Positions 37,485-47,223 of a DNA stretch of 64,000 bases are shown here, one piece after another (positions within the stretch are counted from its first letter, which is position 1; each line of letters begins with the position of its first letter). Where the stretch lies: the IMG/VR virus record IMGVR_UViG_2924193448_000006. One strand, given 5' to 3'. The notes beneath the pieces are model-generated. The model saw only the letters and a program-made list of their open reading frames with translations, did not search any database and was not told where the DNA came from. Source of the DNA: a virus. The position numbers and the translations under genes are program-made.

Positions 37485-37664
37485 GTGGCCGCCGCCATCT
37501 TTTTGTTAGGTATTTTGCAGGTTGTCGGTGGCGTACTTGTCGCTTTCGCAGCGAAGTCTGCCATGCATGAGATTCTCGGCGCCGTTTCCTTCGGCCTCGG
37601 CGTCGTCAGCGCGGCGCTCGGCATCATAATTGCCAAGATCGACGACTACGTGAAATCAAGCTGA
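37485..37664 (+). CDS. 59-aa two-TM protein (moron)
   Basis: GGGAG RBS, GTG start; two hydrophobic helices; antisense between chaperone and tape measure genes. Confidence 0.65.
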   Translation: MAAAIFLLGILQVVGGVLVAFAAKSAMHEILGAVSFGLGVVSAALGIIIAKIDDYVKSS

Positions 37665-38305
37665 TCAACTGCCGATCGTCCTTGCGTTCGGATTGCCCTT
37701 CAGCGATGGACGAACGCCATGCTCTGCGGCAATGCGCCTGACCTCCTCGCGCGAAATAAACGGCCCGCCTCGGACGTTTCCGGAAAGCCCCTCCACGGTC
37801 ATCTCGAATTCCGCCGCCGTCGCCTTCCAGAAGGTCTCCGGCGACCAGCCGAGCATCTTCGGGTTCGTGGCGATACGGTACAGCGCCTTGAGATGATCCT
37901 TGATCAGGAGGGGCTTACGGGCTTTCCCAGGACGGCATCTCCCGCGATCTGCGTTGCCGTCCGCTCGTCGCGCCGCATTGTGCCGGCAGCAATGTGCGCG
38001 GACAGCGCCTTTTCGACCGCCTCGCGCCAGGCGAGCTGGTCGGCGGCCGAGATATTGTCGTCGGCGAGGATCTTCGCCGAGAGCGCCGAGATTTGATCCT
38101 CGTCATCCGCGACGATCAGGCAGCGGACGGCGCAGGCGACCGCCTTCGGCTCGAAACCGAGGAGGCGGCCGTAGAGTTCGTCGAGCGTGCGGGCGCCGAT
38201 CGCATCGGAGAGACGAGCGAGGCCGGAGAAAGTGACGGCGATGCGGAAGTCAATCGCACCGATGCGAACCTCCGCCTCGCCGCGCAACGGGTTGGTAGGC
38301 AGCAT
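37665..38305 (-). CDS. Tail assembly chaperones G (37904..38305) and GT via -1 frameshift
   Basis: G-GGA-AAG slippery site at 37922-37928; the -1 frame runs into ORF 37665..37856. Confidence 0.8.
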
Positions 38306-38317
38306 GATATTCCCCAA

Positions 38318-38728
38318 TCACACGGCAGGCACGAAGGTGAGAGCGCCGGTCATGGCGCAGCGGATGTCGGCCTGCAGCTCGTTGGTCTTGTCGCCGGAGA
38401 AGGTCATGGAAACGAGCATGTCGCCCTCGAATGTGCCGACGCCGGGAACCGTGACCTGATACTCGGTGATGACCTGGTTGACGGCGTCGGCGGTTACCGC
38501 CTTCATGGTGACAGTATCGACGAAGGCGCCCTGCCCGCTGAAGCGGATGGACTGGATGCCATACATCAGCGCCAGGGTGAGCTTACTGCCGGGATCGGTG
38601 CAGCTCGGCTTGGTGATGTCGATTTCCTCGTTGTTAATCTCGAGGGATCGCTGTTCCGTGATGCAGGCCAAGGTGAAGGCGCCTGCGCCGGTCGAGCGGG
38701 CAAGCGTAAGCTGACGGCCGAGAGCCAT
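38318..38728 (-). CDS. Major tail tube protein
   Basis: SLEINNEEIDITKP...SIRFSGQG...YQVTVPGVGTFEG. Confidence 0.85.
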   Translation of the reverse strand: MALGRQLTLARSTGAGAFTLACITEQRSLEINNEEIDITKPSCTDPGSKLTLALMYGIQSIRFSGQGAFVDTVTMKAVTADAVNQVITEYQVTVPGVGTFEGDMLVSMTFSGDKTNELQADIRCAMTGALTFVPAV

Positions 38729-38762
38729 GGCAAAGTCCTTTTTCGCTGGTGGGAGTGGCGGC

Positions 38763-39227
38763 CTACAGCGCAGCCTGTTCCGGATTGGCGGCGAGCGTCT
38801 TGTAGGCGATCTGGTAATTGAGCGAACCGGCAAGCAGGGAGATGCCGGTCAGCGGGTTCACGAAATATTGCTCCGACTGCAGCAGCGCCTCGATGGCGAG
38901 GCCGCCGAAGGTGATGTCCGAGGTCATCGCAGCCTCGATCAGGACGCAAAGCCGGTCGAATTCCTCTTCCGGCTCGTTGTCGCGTAAGTGCACGACGATT
39001 GAAAGCGGCAGGGACCGGTCGTAGCCGTCCTCGCCGGCCGGCCCCGAAGAGGGGCGCACCGTCAAGGTCTCGGACCTGTCGGCCCAGGTGACCGTCAGCG
39101 CCGGCAGCTTCTCCTGCGGAATTGCACCCTTGCGGCCGCGCTTCACCTTGTCTGCCCCGGAAAACTCCGGAATGGCCGAGAGGCGCGCGATGACGGCCGC
39201 GAAGATCTGACTGCGGAGATGCGCCAT
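38763..39227 (-). CDS. Tail terminator-like protein
   Basis: Position and size. Confidence 0.6.
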   Translation of the reverse strand: MAHLRSQIFAAVIARLSAIPEFSGADKVKRGRKGAIPQEKLPALTVTWADRSETLTVRPSSGPAGEDGYDRSLPLSIVVHLRDNEPEEEFDRLCVLIEAAMTSDITFGGLAIEALLQSEQYFVNPLTGISLLAGSLNYQIAYKTLAANPEQAAL

Positions 39228-39228
39228 G

Positions 39229-39525
39229 TCAGGCGACCGTGCGGCCGAGGTCGCGCAGCGCCTGGTTCAAGACACCTGCGGAATAGCCGGCCTCGAGAAT
39301 CTGTGCGCGCGCCTTGCCGTTATCAAGCAGGCGACCGATGTCGGAGCGGATCGCCGAGCGGAGCCGCGACGGCAATTGCGGCCACGGCCGCTGCGTCATG
39401 GCGCCGGCGGTCTGGCGCGCGGCCTTCTTCTTGGCGCCCTCTTCCGTCGAGAACAGCGCTTGGCAGAGGTCCTCCATAGGATCGACCGCTACGGCCGAGG
39501 CCTGCTCCTGTTCCTGTGTCTTCAT
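39229..39525 (-). CDS. Hypothetical head-tail region protein
   Basis: Coupled ORF. Confidence 0.55.
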   Translation of the reverse strand: MKTQEQEQASAVAVDPMEDLCQALFSTEEGAKKKAARQTAGAMTQRPWPQLPSRLRSAIRSDIGRLLDNGKARAQILEAGYSAGVLNQALRDLGRTVA

Positions 39526-39527
39526 GA

Positions 39528-39854
39528 TCAGATATCTCCGGCAAGCGAGATGCGGAGCATGGCCCGCGCATCATCGTCGATGTTGATGACCTGGTAGGTG
39601 ACGCCGCCGATCGCCACGCTGTCCCGCTGGCTGGCGAGACCGGGCACCGCGGAGGCGGACACGGCAAGCAGATGGGTGGTGCCTTCGACGGCCTGCTCCT
39701 GCTCCTCCGCCAGATCGGTTTCCCGCCACACTCGCAGGATGACCCGCACTGCAGGCCTGGCGACGCCGTTGACCGTGAACACGGCGTCGGCATTGCCGAA
39801 GGCCTTGGCGAACTTCGGCCCCATCCTTTCGAACATGGCGGGACGCGGCGTCAT
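39528..39854 (-). CDS. Head-tail joining protein (gpFII-like)
   Basis: Beta-rich, ending DDARAMLRISL. Confidence 0.65.
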   Translation of the reverse strand: MTPRPAMFERMGPKFAKAFGNADAVFTVNGVARPAVRVILRVWRETDLAEEQEQAVEGTTHLLAVSASAVPGLASQRDSVAIGGVTYQVINIDDDARAMLRISLAGDI

Positions 39855-40249
39855 TTCGGAGCCTTGAGCTTCTCGATCTCGGCCTGAAGCTTAGTGACTT
39901 CGCCGGCGAGCGTCGCATTGTCGGTCTCGAGTTGCTCGTTCTGCTTCAGCAGTGCGTCGCGATCGCCAATTGCGCTGTCACGCTCTGCCGTCAGCCGGTC
40001 ATTGTCGGCCAAGAGCTTGTCGTTGTCCGTTGAAAGCTTCTCCAGCGCCTCGCGCAGCTTGTCGAGATCGATAGAGCTGGGACCGGCCTTGGCATCGGGA
40101 CCGGCGGTAAAGGCGCCAAAATTCTTGCGGAAATTTTCCGCCTCCTCGACGGTGATCCCGCCGGTACCGACCGGAACCGGCTCACCCGGCCTGTAGGATT
40201 TCTTGCCGACCTTGACGGTCACATTGAACTGCTCGGTTTTCTTGCTCAT
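39851..40249 (-). CDS. Hypothetical protein after capsid gene (coiled coil)
   Basis: gpFI-like position. Confidence 0.55.
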   Translation of the reverse strand: MSKKTEQFNVTVKVGKKSYRPGEPVPVGTGGITVEEAENFRKNFGAFTAGPDAKAGPSSIDLDKLREALEKLSTDNDKLLADNDRLTAERDSAIGDRDALLKQNEQLETDNATLAGEVTKLQAEIEKLKAPK

Positions 40250-40324
40250 CGGAGCGTCCTTTCAAGTCCGATATCCGCCGGCAGGAGACCGGCGGACATG
40301 CGGACGAACACGGGTTGGAAGGGA

Positions 40325-41356
40325 TTATCGAACCAGCGCGAACAGGCTGGCGTCGGGTTCCGGAGCGATCGGAAGCGGCGCTGCCTGCGTCTGGACGATG
40401 GTTCGCGACGGGTTCCGTTCCTGCCACATGTCCGGGAAGCGCTCCATCGGCAGGAGAGCGGCGTTGTCGAGGATGGCGCCGTAGGCGAAGTGGCCCTGGA
40501 AGCCGAAGGGATCGAAGATCCCGACGCCCATGGACGGCCAGAAGTTGTTACGCACCCCGCCGACGCTGTAGGGCTGCGAGTACTGGATGAAGGTCAGCTC
40601 GCCGATGGTGCCGAGAACCGCGTAATACTTGTTCTCCGCGCCGGTGCTGACCGGCCCCAGCTGCATGATGCCGCCGTCCTGGCGCCTGTTGTCGAGCGCC
40701 TCGAGGAAGCGCAGCGACTTCTTCAGGAGACCTGCGGCGCCGGGACCGAGCAGGACCTCGCGGGCAGTGAAACCGCTGGTATCGGAGAGGAGCTGCGCCC
40801 ACGCCTCGATATCGTCCATCGGATCGACGCCGACTTCGCCCCAGCGTGCCGCGCCGGCAAGCGCGATCGTCAGCGCGGGATTGCGACCGAAGTTGACGGT
40901 CTGCGTCGGATAATCCTCGCCCTCGACGATCACCTGACCGGTGCGGATAACCTGCGAGCACATGAACTCCTCGCGGCGCGTGATCCGCTGGTCCTGGTCG
41001 TCGATGATCGTCGCCAGGTTATAAGCGTAGCGCTGCGCCGGCGAATTGCGGCCGCCGATCGGCTCGCCCGGCATGCGGATCATGTTGCCGCCCGGTCGCA
41101 ACGTGTTCTGCGGCTTGACATACGCCGGCGTGAAGCTGGTCGCCTTGAAGCCGCGATTGGCAGAGTCCTTGCCCGGCACGTCCGGGTGGACGAATGGCGC
41201 AAGCTCGCGATCCGGAAGGATCTTGTCGAAGACGATCTGTTCCATGTCGGAAAGGACCGTGGTGGAGAAATAGCGATCGCGCAGAAATGCTTCCGGGCGA
41301 TCGCGGGGAGGCAGAACCGCAACGAGTTCTGCGGTGGAGAGGAGAAGTTCTTCCAT
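40325..41356 (-). CDS. Major capsid protein (lambda gpE family)
   Basis: LAPFVHP...FTPAYVKP...RREEFMCSQVI. Confidence 0.9.
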   Translation of the reverse strand: MEELLLSTAELVAVLPPRDRPEAFLRDRYFSTTVLSDMEQIVFDKILPDRELAPFVHPDVPGKDSANRGFKATSFTPAYVKPQNTLRPGGNMIRMPGEPIGGRNSPAQRYAYNLATIIDDQDQRITRREEFMCSQVIRTGQVIVEGEDYPTQTVNFGRNPALTIALAGAARWGEVGVDPMDDIEAWAQLLSDTSGFTAREVLLGPGAAGLLKKSLRFLEALDNRRQDGGIMQLGPVSTGAENKYYAVLGTIGELTFIQYSQPYSVGGVRNNFWPSMGVGIFDPFGFQGHFAYGAILDNAALLPMERFPDMWQERNPSRTIVQTQAAPLPIAPEPDASLFALVR

Positions 41357-41383
41357 GTGTGTGGTGTCCTTTCGGTCTCGGGC

Positions 41384-41740
41384 TTACTTCAGGACGCGCA
41401 CGTAGAGGGGAGCGCCTGCCTTGCGGAAAGCGGCCTCGACGGTAGCGGCCGTGTGTCCGGCGCCCAGAATGAGTTTCGTCGAATCGAAGGCGCCGCTCGC
41501 GTAAACCGCGGCAACGACATCGCCGGCAGATGCATCGCAATCGGTCGCCAGCACCAGGGCGGGCGTCTGCGACCCGTCAGCAGCGGCCGAAGCGGACAGG
41601 GTGTATTTGTCCGACGCGGTGATGTTGCCGAGGACAGCACCACGCTTAAGGTTCTGACCGCTGACGATGGTGACGTTGCGGGTGATGACCGGCACGTCGG
41701 AAACGAGCAGGTCGTTCGGGGCGAAGGTTGCTTCTCCCAT
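41384..41740 (-). CDS. Head decoration protein (gpD family)
   Basis: GQNLKRGAVLG...DGSQTPALVL. Confidence 0.85.
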   Translation of the reverse strand: MGEATFAPNDLLVSDVPVITRNVTIVSGQNLKRGAVLGNITASDKYTLSASAAADGSQTPALVLATDCDASAGDVVAAVYASGAFDSTKLILGAGHTAATVEAAFRKAGAPLYVRVLK

Positions 41741-41742
41741 GA

Positions 41743-42285
41743 TCAGGAATCCTTCCGGTTACGGCCGTGACGGGCCAGGATGGTGGAGCGGACGGTGGAG
41801 ATCACCGCCTGTTTCTCGGTGGCCTTGCCGCCGCCCGGTGTGCCGGCGCCGAGCGTCGGGCTCTTTCCGGCCATGCGACCGGCGAGGCGCGAACCGCCGG
41901 CGGAAGCGGAGGAGAGAAGCGCACCCGCTTCCTTGGCCGAGTAGAACCTCGAACCGAAGGCGAGCTCGGCGGCTAGGCCCGGATTGCTCTCGGCCTTCGG
42001 ATGCATGAGGATCGAGCGGATGCGACCCTGCTCGGCACGGCGGACGGCGCTTGCCGAGGTCTTGCCGTCGTCGGTCTCTTCTTCCTCGGTCTCGGCGCTG
42101 GTGTCCTCTTCCTCGGTCTCGCTCTCCGTATCGGAAGAGCTATCCTCGGCGGAGGTGTCCTCCTCTTCGGTTTCGATCACTTCCTCGTCTTCCGGCCGCT
42201 CGTCTTCCAGCCGGGAGCCCTTCTTGCCGCTAATTGCGGCGAGCACGCTCCGCGTGAGCGCGCTGCTACGCGTCAAGTTCGACAT
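41743..42285 (-). CDS. Capsid scaffolding protein
   Basis: Acidic N-half, EQGRIRSILMHP. Confidence 0.7.
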   Translation of the reverse strand: MSNLTRSSALTRSVLAAISGKKGSRLEDERPEDEEVIETEEEDTSAEDSSSDTESETEEEDTSAETEEEETDDGKTSASAVRRAEQGRIRSILMHPKAESNPGLAAELAFGSRFYSAKEAGALLSSASAGGSRLAGRMAGKSPTLGAGTPGGGKATEKQAVISTVRSTILARHGRNRKDS

Positions 42286-42310
42286 TCGTCGTCTCCAGTT
42301 GATGTTGGGG

Positions 42311-43216
42311 TTAGCCGGCTGTCCGGCTCAGTTCAGCTTCGAAGGCTTCGAGAACCTGCGAAGGGCGTGCAACCGCGTCGGCGAGGCCGGCATCAACCGC
42401 CTTCTGTCCGCGATAGACCCGCGCCTCAGTGGCGAGAGCGGATTGCTGTGTCAGCCGGCCGGCACGGTACCGCGCGACGGTCGCTGCGAATTCGACGCGG
42501 AGCTCCTCGAGCTCGGCGAGTTCCTGCTGAAGCACATCGTCGGGGATGGCCTCGTAAGGATTGAAGTCGGCCTTGTGCTCGCCGGCTTTCAGGATCGTGA
42601 CCTTCAGGCCTTCCTTCGCGAGCCAGGCGCTCATGTCGACATGCATCGAGATGACGCCGATCGAGCCACAAATACCGGTCTGCGGGATGACCAGCTGCCG
42701 GCAAGGCGATGCCAGCAGATAGCCGGCGGAGCACGCATGGTCCGTAAGAACGGCGATGGTGGGCTTCAACTGCGAAAGCTCGAAGATCTGCTCGGCGCAA
42801 TCGAAGGCGCCGGTCACCTCGCCGCCGTAACTGTCGACCTCGAACACGACGGCCTTGATGTCGTCGCGATCGATGCAATCCCGAACCTGCGCGCTGATCC
42901 CCTCATAGCTGGTCATGCCGCAGGACTTGCCGATCCACTTGCCCTTGTTGACGAGGGAACCCTCGATCTCGATCAGCGCAATGCCGGACGCGACAAGATC
43001 CGGACCAGGGTAGATTCGCTCTCCGTCCCAGTCGGTCGCATTCCGAAGCTTCTCACCAAGGAGCCCCATCTTCTCGCCACCGGCGACTTGCGCCGAGGCC
43101 TCGGGGCTGCCGAGCACGCGCGGGCCGAAAGCCCGCGCAATGATGTCGCCCTTCGAGGGATGCAGCATCAGCGGCGTGCCGAACATCCGACTGGCGATTT
43201 CGGGATAGTTCCTCAT
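42311..43216 (-). CDS. S49 family prohead protease
   Basis: EVDSYGG, ACSAGYLLAS, GSIGV motifs. Confidence 0.9.
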   Translation of the reverse strand: MRNYPEIASRMFGTPLMLHPSKGDIIARAFGPRVLGSPEASAQVAGGEKMGLLGEKLRNATDWDGERIYPGPDLVASGIALIEIEGSLVNKGKWIGKSCGMTSYEGISAQVRDCIDRDDIKAVVFEVDSYGGEVTGAFDCAEQIFELSQLKPTIAVLTDHACSAGYLLASPCRQLVIPQTGICGSIGVISMHVDMSAWLAKEGLKVTILKAGEHKADFNPYEAIPDDVLQQELAELEELRVEFAATVARYRAGRLTQQSALATEARVYRGQKAVDAGLADAVARPSQVLEAFEAELSRTAG

Positions 43217-44937
43217 GCCGTTTTCCTTCTGGAGATCATCGGGATGCCGGCAGGATGCCGACGCGCCGAGGTCCGGCCGTTGACCTCTTCCTCGGTTTCG
43301 TCGCCTGGCTCGGCGGGCGGAGCCGCACTCACCTGCGATCTGGCTTCGGGCTTGCCCGGGTCGGGATCGAGGCCGAGCCGCTCGTAGAAGGCCCGTTCCC
43401 GGGCGCGCTGCTGCGCATCCATCTTCCAGTCCCGCCCCTGCTCGGCCGCTTCCTGCTGGAGCGTGGTCAGATTGCCGGCGAGCCGCTCGCTGGCGGCCTG
43501 CGCCTCGCGCAGCGGGTCGATCCAGCCGCGGCCGGGGCCGATCCAGTCCGCATGGCACCATGCCGCCGGGTTCTGCTCGAAGGGAACGGCGCCGGCCGGA
43601 AGCTCGATCAGGCCCTTGTCGAACACCTCCTCGAGCCATGCCCGATAGATCGGTGCCATGAACTGCGAGGCGAAGCCGCCCTTCTTGGCGGTGAAGCCGC
43701 GCCAGATCTCGAGGAGTGCGGCGCGCGCCGACGAATAGTTCACCTGGCTCCAGTCCATGGTCAGCTGTTCGTAGGTGACGCCGATCGCACTCGCGACCTT
43801 GCGCAACGCCGCATTGACGAAGGCCTCGAAATTCGCGTTCGGGTGCTCAGGTTTGGTCAGCGTCGCCTTTTCGCCGGGCTGCAGCGTGTTGATGCGAACG
43901 CCCGGCAAGTCGATCGGTGCGGCGCCGTAATAGGCCTTCTGCGCGGCCGACATTTCGCCGTAGAGCTTGGCGATGCCGTCGTTGCCGTAATCCGCGCCCA
44001 TCGCCTCGAGCATCTCTTCCGGATCGAAGGGCGTTTCGATGAAGGCGGCCATAACCGCGTTCAGCATTGCCGCCTGGCTCTCATAATCCTCGTAATCGGT
44101 CGACTGCTTGATCGACCGCATAACCGGAGCCCAGTCGGAAACACCGCGCGTCATGCCGGCGCGCTTCTGCTCGTAGGCGTGAACGACGATCGGGCGCCCC
44201 CATTCGGTCTCCCGCTCGACGTACGCCCAGTGCCACAGGCCGGTATTCCCGGCGAAGAATTCGCCGGGATGCGACTTGCGGAAGTGGTAGCCGACCGGTG
44301 CGCCGTAACCGTCGATGGCGACGCCGTCGCGCAGGAACTCTTCGTCCATGCGGCCGTTCGGATTGGAGCACCGGGCCGGGTCAACGACATGAATCGCCGT
44401 CTGGAACAGCGGCGCATTGTCTTGCCAGACGATGACACCGAAGGCCTCGCCCTCGGGACCGAACCGCTGACGGGCAGCAAGGCCGAGAACGCCGGCCATG
44501 GTTTTTGTCCGCTCGGCGTCGCACCATTTGTCGACATCCTGCGTGTAATCGCGCCACAAGGCCTCGATCTTGTCGGCGATCTCCTCCGCCTGCTCAAACG
44601 TCATGTTGAGCGAGACGTGGTTCGGCCGCGCGGCAAGCGTCCAGCCCGAGCCGATGATGTTGTCGACGAGGCGCGAGGTGCCGGCGGCGCCCCAGCCGTC
44701 GTTACGCGCCACGTCGTTCAGCCGGTCGACCAGCTCGGACCGCGACCAGGTCAGCGCCGACTGACCGGACCAGGTGCCCGGCCGCCATTTGGCGAAGGAC
44801 GGGTGATCATAGGATGCACCCTGGTAGGCCGAGGACGCCATCAGCCGGTTCTTCGCGACCTGCACGCGCGCAGCGGCAAGAACAGCTGGCGAAAGCGGCT
44901 TCGCATCGGGGCCGAGGATTGTGACTTCGCCGCTCAT
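43213..44937 (-). CDS. Portal protein (lambda family)
   Basis: TRGVS, QVNYSSARA, WIDPLRE motifs. Confidence 0.9.
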   Translation of the reverse strand: MSGEVTILGPDAKPLSPAVLAAARVQVAKNRLMASSAYQGASYDHPSFAKWRPGTWSGQSALTWSRSELVDRLNDVARNDGWGAAGTSRLVDNIIGSGWTLAARPNHVSLNMTFEQAEEIADKIEALWRDYTQDVDKWCDAERTKTMAGVLGLAARQRFGPEGEAFGVIVWQDNAPLFQTAIHVVDPARCSNPNGRMDEEFLRDGVAIDGYGAPVGYHFRKSHPGEFFAGNTGLWHWAYVERETEWGRPIVVHAYEQKRAGMTRGVSDWAPVMRSIKQSTDYEDYESQAAMLNAVMAAFIETPFDPEEMLEAMGADYGNDGIAKLYGEMSAAQKAYYGAAPIDLPGVRINTLQPGEKATLTKPEHPNANFEAFVNAALRKVASAIGVTYEQLTMDWSQVNYSSARAALLEIWRGFTAKKGGFASQFMAPIYRAWLEEVFDKGLIELPAGAVPFEQNPAAWCHADWIGPGRGWIDPLREAQAASERLAGNLTTLQQEAAEQGRDWKMDAQQRARERAFYERLGLDPDPGKPEARSQVSAAPPAEPGDETEEEVNGRTSARRHPAGIPMISRRKTA

Positions 44938-45170
44938 CCGAAGATCACTCCCCGGCTGCGCGCCCTGGCGAAGCGGCGAAGGCCGAGTTTCGCCTCGAGG
45001 TCTCGGACATACTGGCGCAACGAGCCGACATTTGTCGCGGCATAGGTGACGCTCTCGCCGTTATAGCTGAGCGAGACCTCGGCGCGGCCGATCTCCATCT
45101 GGTGCAAGGCCTCACGTGCTTCGTCGAGCCGTGCCAGAAGCACGGCGCGTTCCTGTTCGGTCAGTGCCAT
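44934..45170 (-). CDS. gpW-like head completion protein
   Basis: GESVTYAATNVGSLRQYVRDLE. Confidence 0.8.
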   Translation of the reverse strand: MALTEQERAVLLARLDEAREALHQMEIGRAEVSLSYNGESVTYAATNVGSLRQYVRDLEAKLGLRRFARARSRGVIFG

Positions 45171-45180
45171 ATGGATCTTC

Positions 45181-47223
45181 CTAGCGGTTCCGCTGCGCTG
45201 CCCGGGCGGCGCGCGCGAGGGCGGCAGCTACGAGCGGCGATTGCTGTTCTGCCGCGGCGCTCTCGCCTGCGGCAGGTTCGGTCTTGACGGCGATCTGGTT
45301 CAGACGGTCCTCGATATCGCCCTGTTGCGGCGCTTCGAGGCGACCGAGCCGATCGGCGATCGCGTCCCATTCCTCATCGGTCCAATAGGGCACGCCCCAG
45401 CGATAGGCACCGGCCAAGCTCTGATTGAGCATGTCGATGATTTCGTTGCGCTTGCCCTCGGAGAGCTTCCAGACATAGCGGGTGTGACCGCTCCGGGTCT
45501 TCTCCGGTACGCGGGCTTCCGAGGTTGCCTGCTGGTAGAAATCGTCTCCGAAGCCGCGGGCGAAACGGATATAGCCCGCCTGTTCCGGATCGTCTTTCTT
45601 GTAGTCCCGATAGAGCCGAATCTTGAACGCCGAGGCGTTGAAGGTGAAGAAGCGGGATGACCACTTCTGCTTCTTCGGCTTGCCCTTCCGGTCATACTCT
45701 TTCGTCTGCACGATCGGCGGCGCCGCTTCCGTATTGCCGCCGCGCACCATGATGACGCGCGACTTCGGATGCTTGCGAACCCAGTTCCAGACATCGTCGG
45801 TGTAGGCGTTGCCGTCGATCGCGACGCGGTCGGCGGTGCGCTTGCGTCCGGCATCGTCGAGCCATTCGCGCTGCAGCAGCCGATCGAGGACGGCGCAAAC
45901 CTCCGGCTCCGAGATATGGCCGGAATGTTCCTTCGCGTCCGCCAGGTGGCTGCCGGCGCGATGGTCGATGACGCCATGATCGATGACGGCCCGGTACCGG
46001 TTCCTGCCATAACCGACCAGCAGCCACTCGACGCGGTCGCCCTGCACGTCCATGCCGAGCACCAGCGCCAGCGCCTCGGCCGGGATGACACCGCGCTGGA
46101 AACCGTGTTCCTCGGCGCGATCGCGGAGCACCTCCCAATCGATCGCCTTGTTGTCCGCCTCGAAGGCAAGCCCGAGCCAGTCATTCCAGAACGTCTGCTC
46201 GGCGCCAGATCCCTTTTCCCGGTTCTCCGGTCCGCCGGCCTGGACCGTCAGCCACTCGCGCGCCAGGTTCTCCCAGCGTTCGAAAGGAGAATAGGCCATC
46301 CAGATGCGGAAGGACCGATGGCGCCGGCCGCGCTCCGGATATTTGGCGACCCATTTTGCGCCGTTTTCCGGCTTCACCATCCATTCGCGATGGTGCTCGT
46401 GGATCTCGCAGCCGCAATGGATGCAGACGAAATGCGCCTGCTCGGGATGCTCGGGATCGATGTGATCCCGCATGTTCTCCCAGCGCAGCTCCTGCAGCTC
46501 GTGGCAGTGCGGACACGGGACGTGGTAGGTCTCCTGCGTCCCTTCCTGATAGTTCGACGTGATCTTGCAGCCGGGCGAAACCATCGGCGTCGAGATCTTG
46601 AAGATCTTGCCGTTGAAGAACGCCTTGCTGCGGCTGTCTGCCTGGACTTCCGGATCACCGGCCTCGTTCATCTGCCACTTGGCAAGATCGTCCTGGACCT
46701 GCTTTCGCGGCGAGATCATCGACAGGCCTGCCGGCGAGTTGGCGCCGGCCGCCTGGATGGCGCCGCGCCCGTCGATGCGTTCCTTGTAGAGCACCGAGTT
46801 GCTCGCATCGCGGCTGTTCTGGGAAAACAGCTTGGCGACGGCGGGCATCTCGCGCACCAGCGGCATCAGCTTCGTCTTCGACCAGCGGGCGGCGTTCTCC
46901 TCGGTCGGGTGGACATAGAGGAAATCGCCGGGCGCCATGTCGAGCGAGCCGAGCGTGAAGATGTTGGCGCAGATGGTACCGCCGATCTGCGCCGACTTCG
47001 CCAGGCTGACGATGTTGCACGGATCTTCCGGCGACAACGCCCGCAGGATCTCCGAGAAGAACGGCACCAGGTCTTCGTTGTACGGCCCCGGATGGTCCGT
47101 GATGCGTTCGGAAAACACGATGTTTTCCTTCGCCCACTTGAGATAATCGACCGCCGGCGGCGGCTCGCAGATCTCCGCGAGAACTTGGTAGACCATCCGC
47201 TCGGGATTATAGAGCATCGTCAC
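45181..47223 (-). CDS. Terminase large subunit (GpA family)
   Basis: KSAQIGGT, KISTP, YHVPCPHC, GMDVQ motifs. Confidence 0.9.
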   Translation of the reverse strand: MTMLYNPERMVYQVLAEICEPPPAVDYLKWAKENIVFSERITDHPGPYNEDLVPFFSEILRALSPEDPCNIVSLAKSAQIGGTICANIFTLGSLDMAPGDFLYVHPTEENAARWSKTKLMPLVREMPAVAKLFSQNSRDASNSVLYKERIDGRGAIQAAGANSPAGLSMISPRKQVQDDLAKWQMNEAGDPEVQADSRSKAFFNGKIFKISTPMVSPGCKITSNYQEGTQETYHVPCPHCHELQELRWENMRDHIDPEHPEQAHFVCIHCGCEIHEHHREWMVKPENGAKWVAKYPERGRRHRSFRIWMAYSPFERWENLAREWLTVQAGGPENREKGSGAEQTFWNDWLGLAFEADNKAIDWEVLRDRAEEHGFQRGVIPAEALALVLGMDVQGDRVEWLLVGYGRNRYRAVIDHGVIDHRAGSHLADAKEHSGHISEPEVCAVLDRLLQREWLDDAGRKRTADRVAIDGNAYTDDVWNWVRKHPKSRVIMVRGGNTEAAPPIVQTKEYDRKGKPKKQKWSSRFFTFNASAFKIRLYRDYKKDDPEQAGYIRFARGFGDDFYQQATSEARVPEKTRSGHTRYVWKLSEGKRNEIIDMLNQSLAGAYRWGVPYWTDEEWDAIADRLGRLEAPQQGDIEDRLNQIAVKTEPAAGESAAAEQQSPLVAAALARAARAAQRNR

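Noticed and set aside
42075..42180. Direct repeats encoding EEEDTSAE in the scaffold gene
   Set aside because: Ordinary low-complexity acidic linker within a coding sequence
35715..45045. Long plus-strand ORFs (e.g. 35715..37430, 40298..41770, 41984..43387, 43255..45045)
   Set aside because: Antisense shadows of well-identified minus-strand phage genes in high-GC DNA; no motifs of their own. The same applies to 1321..2463, 45769..47355 and most short overlapping track ORFs
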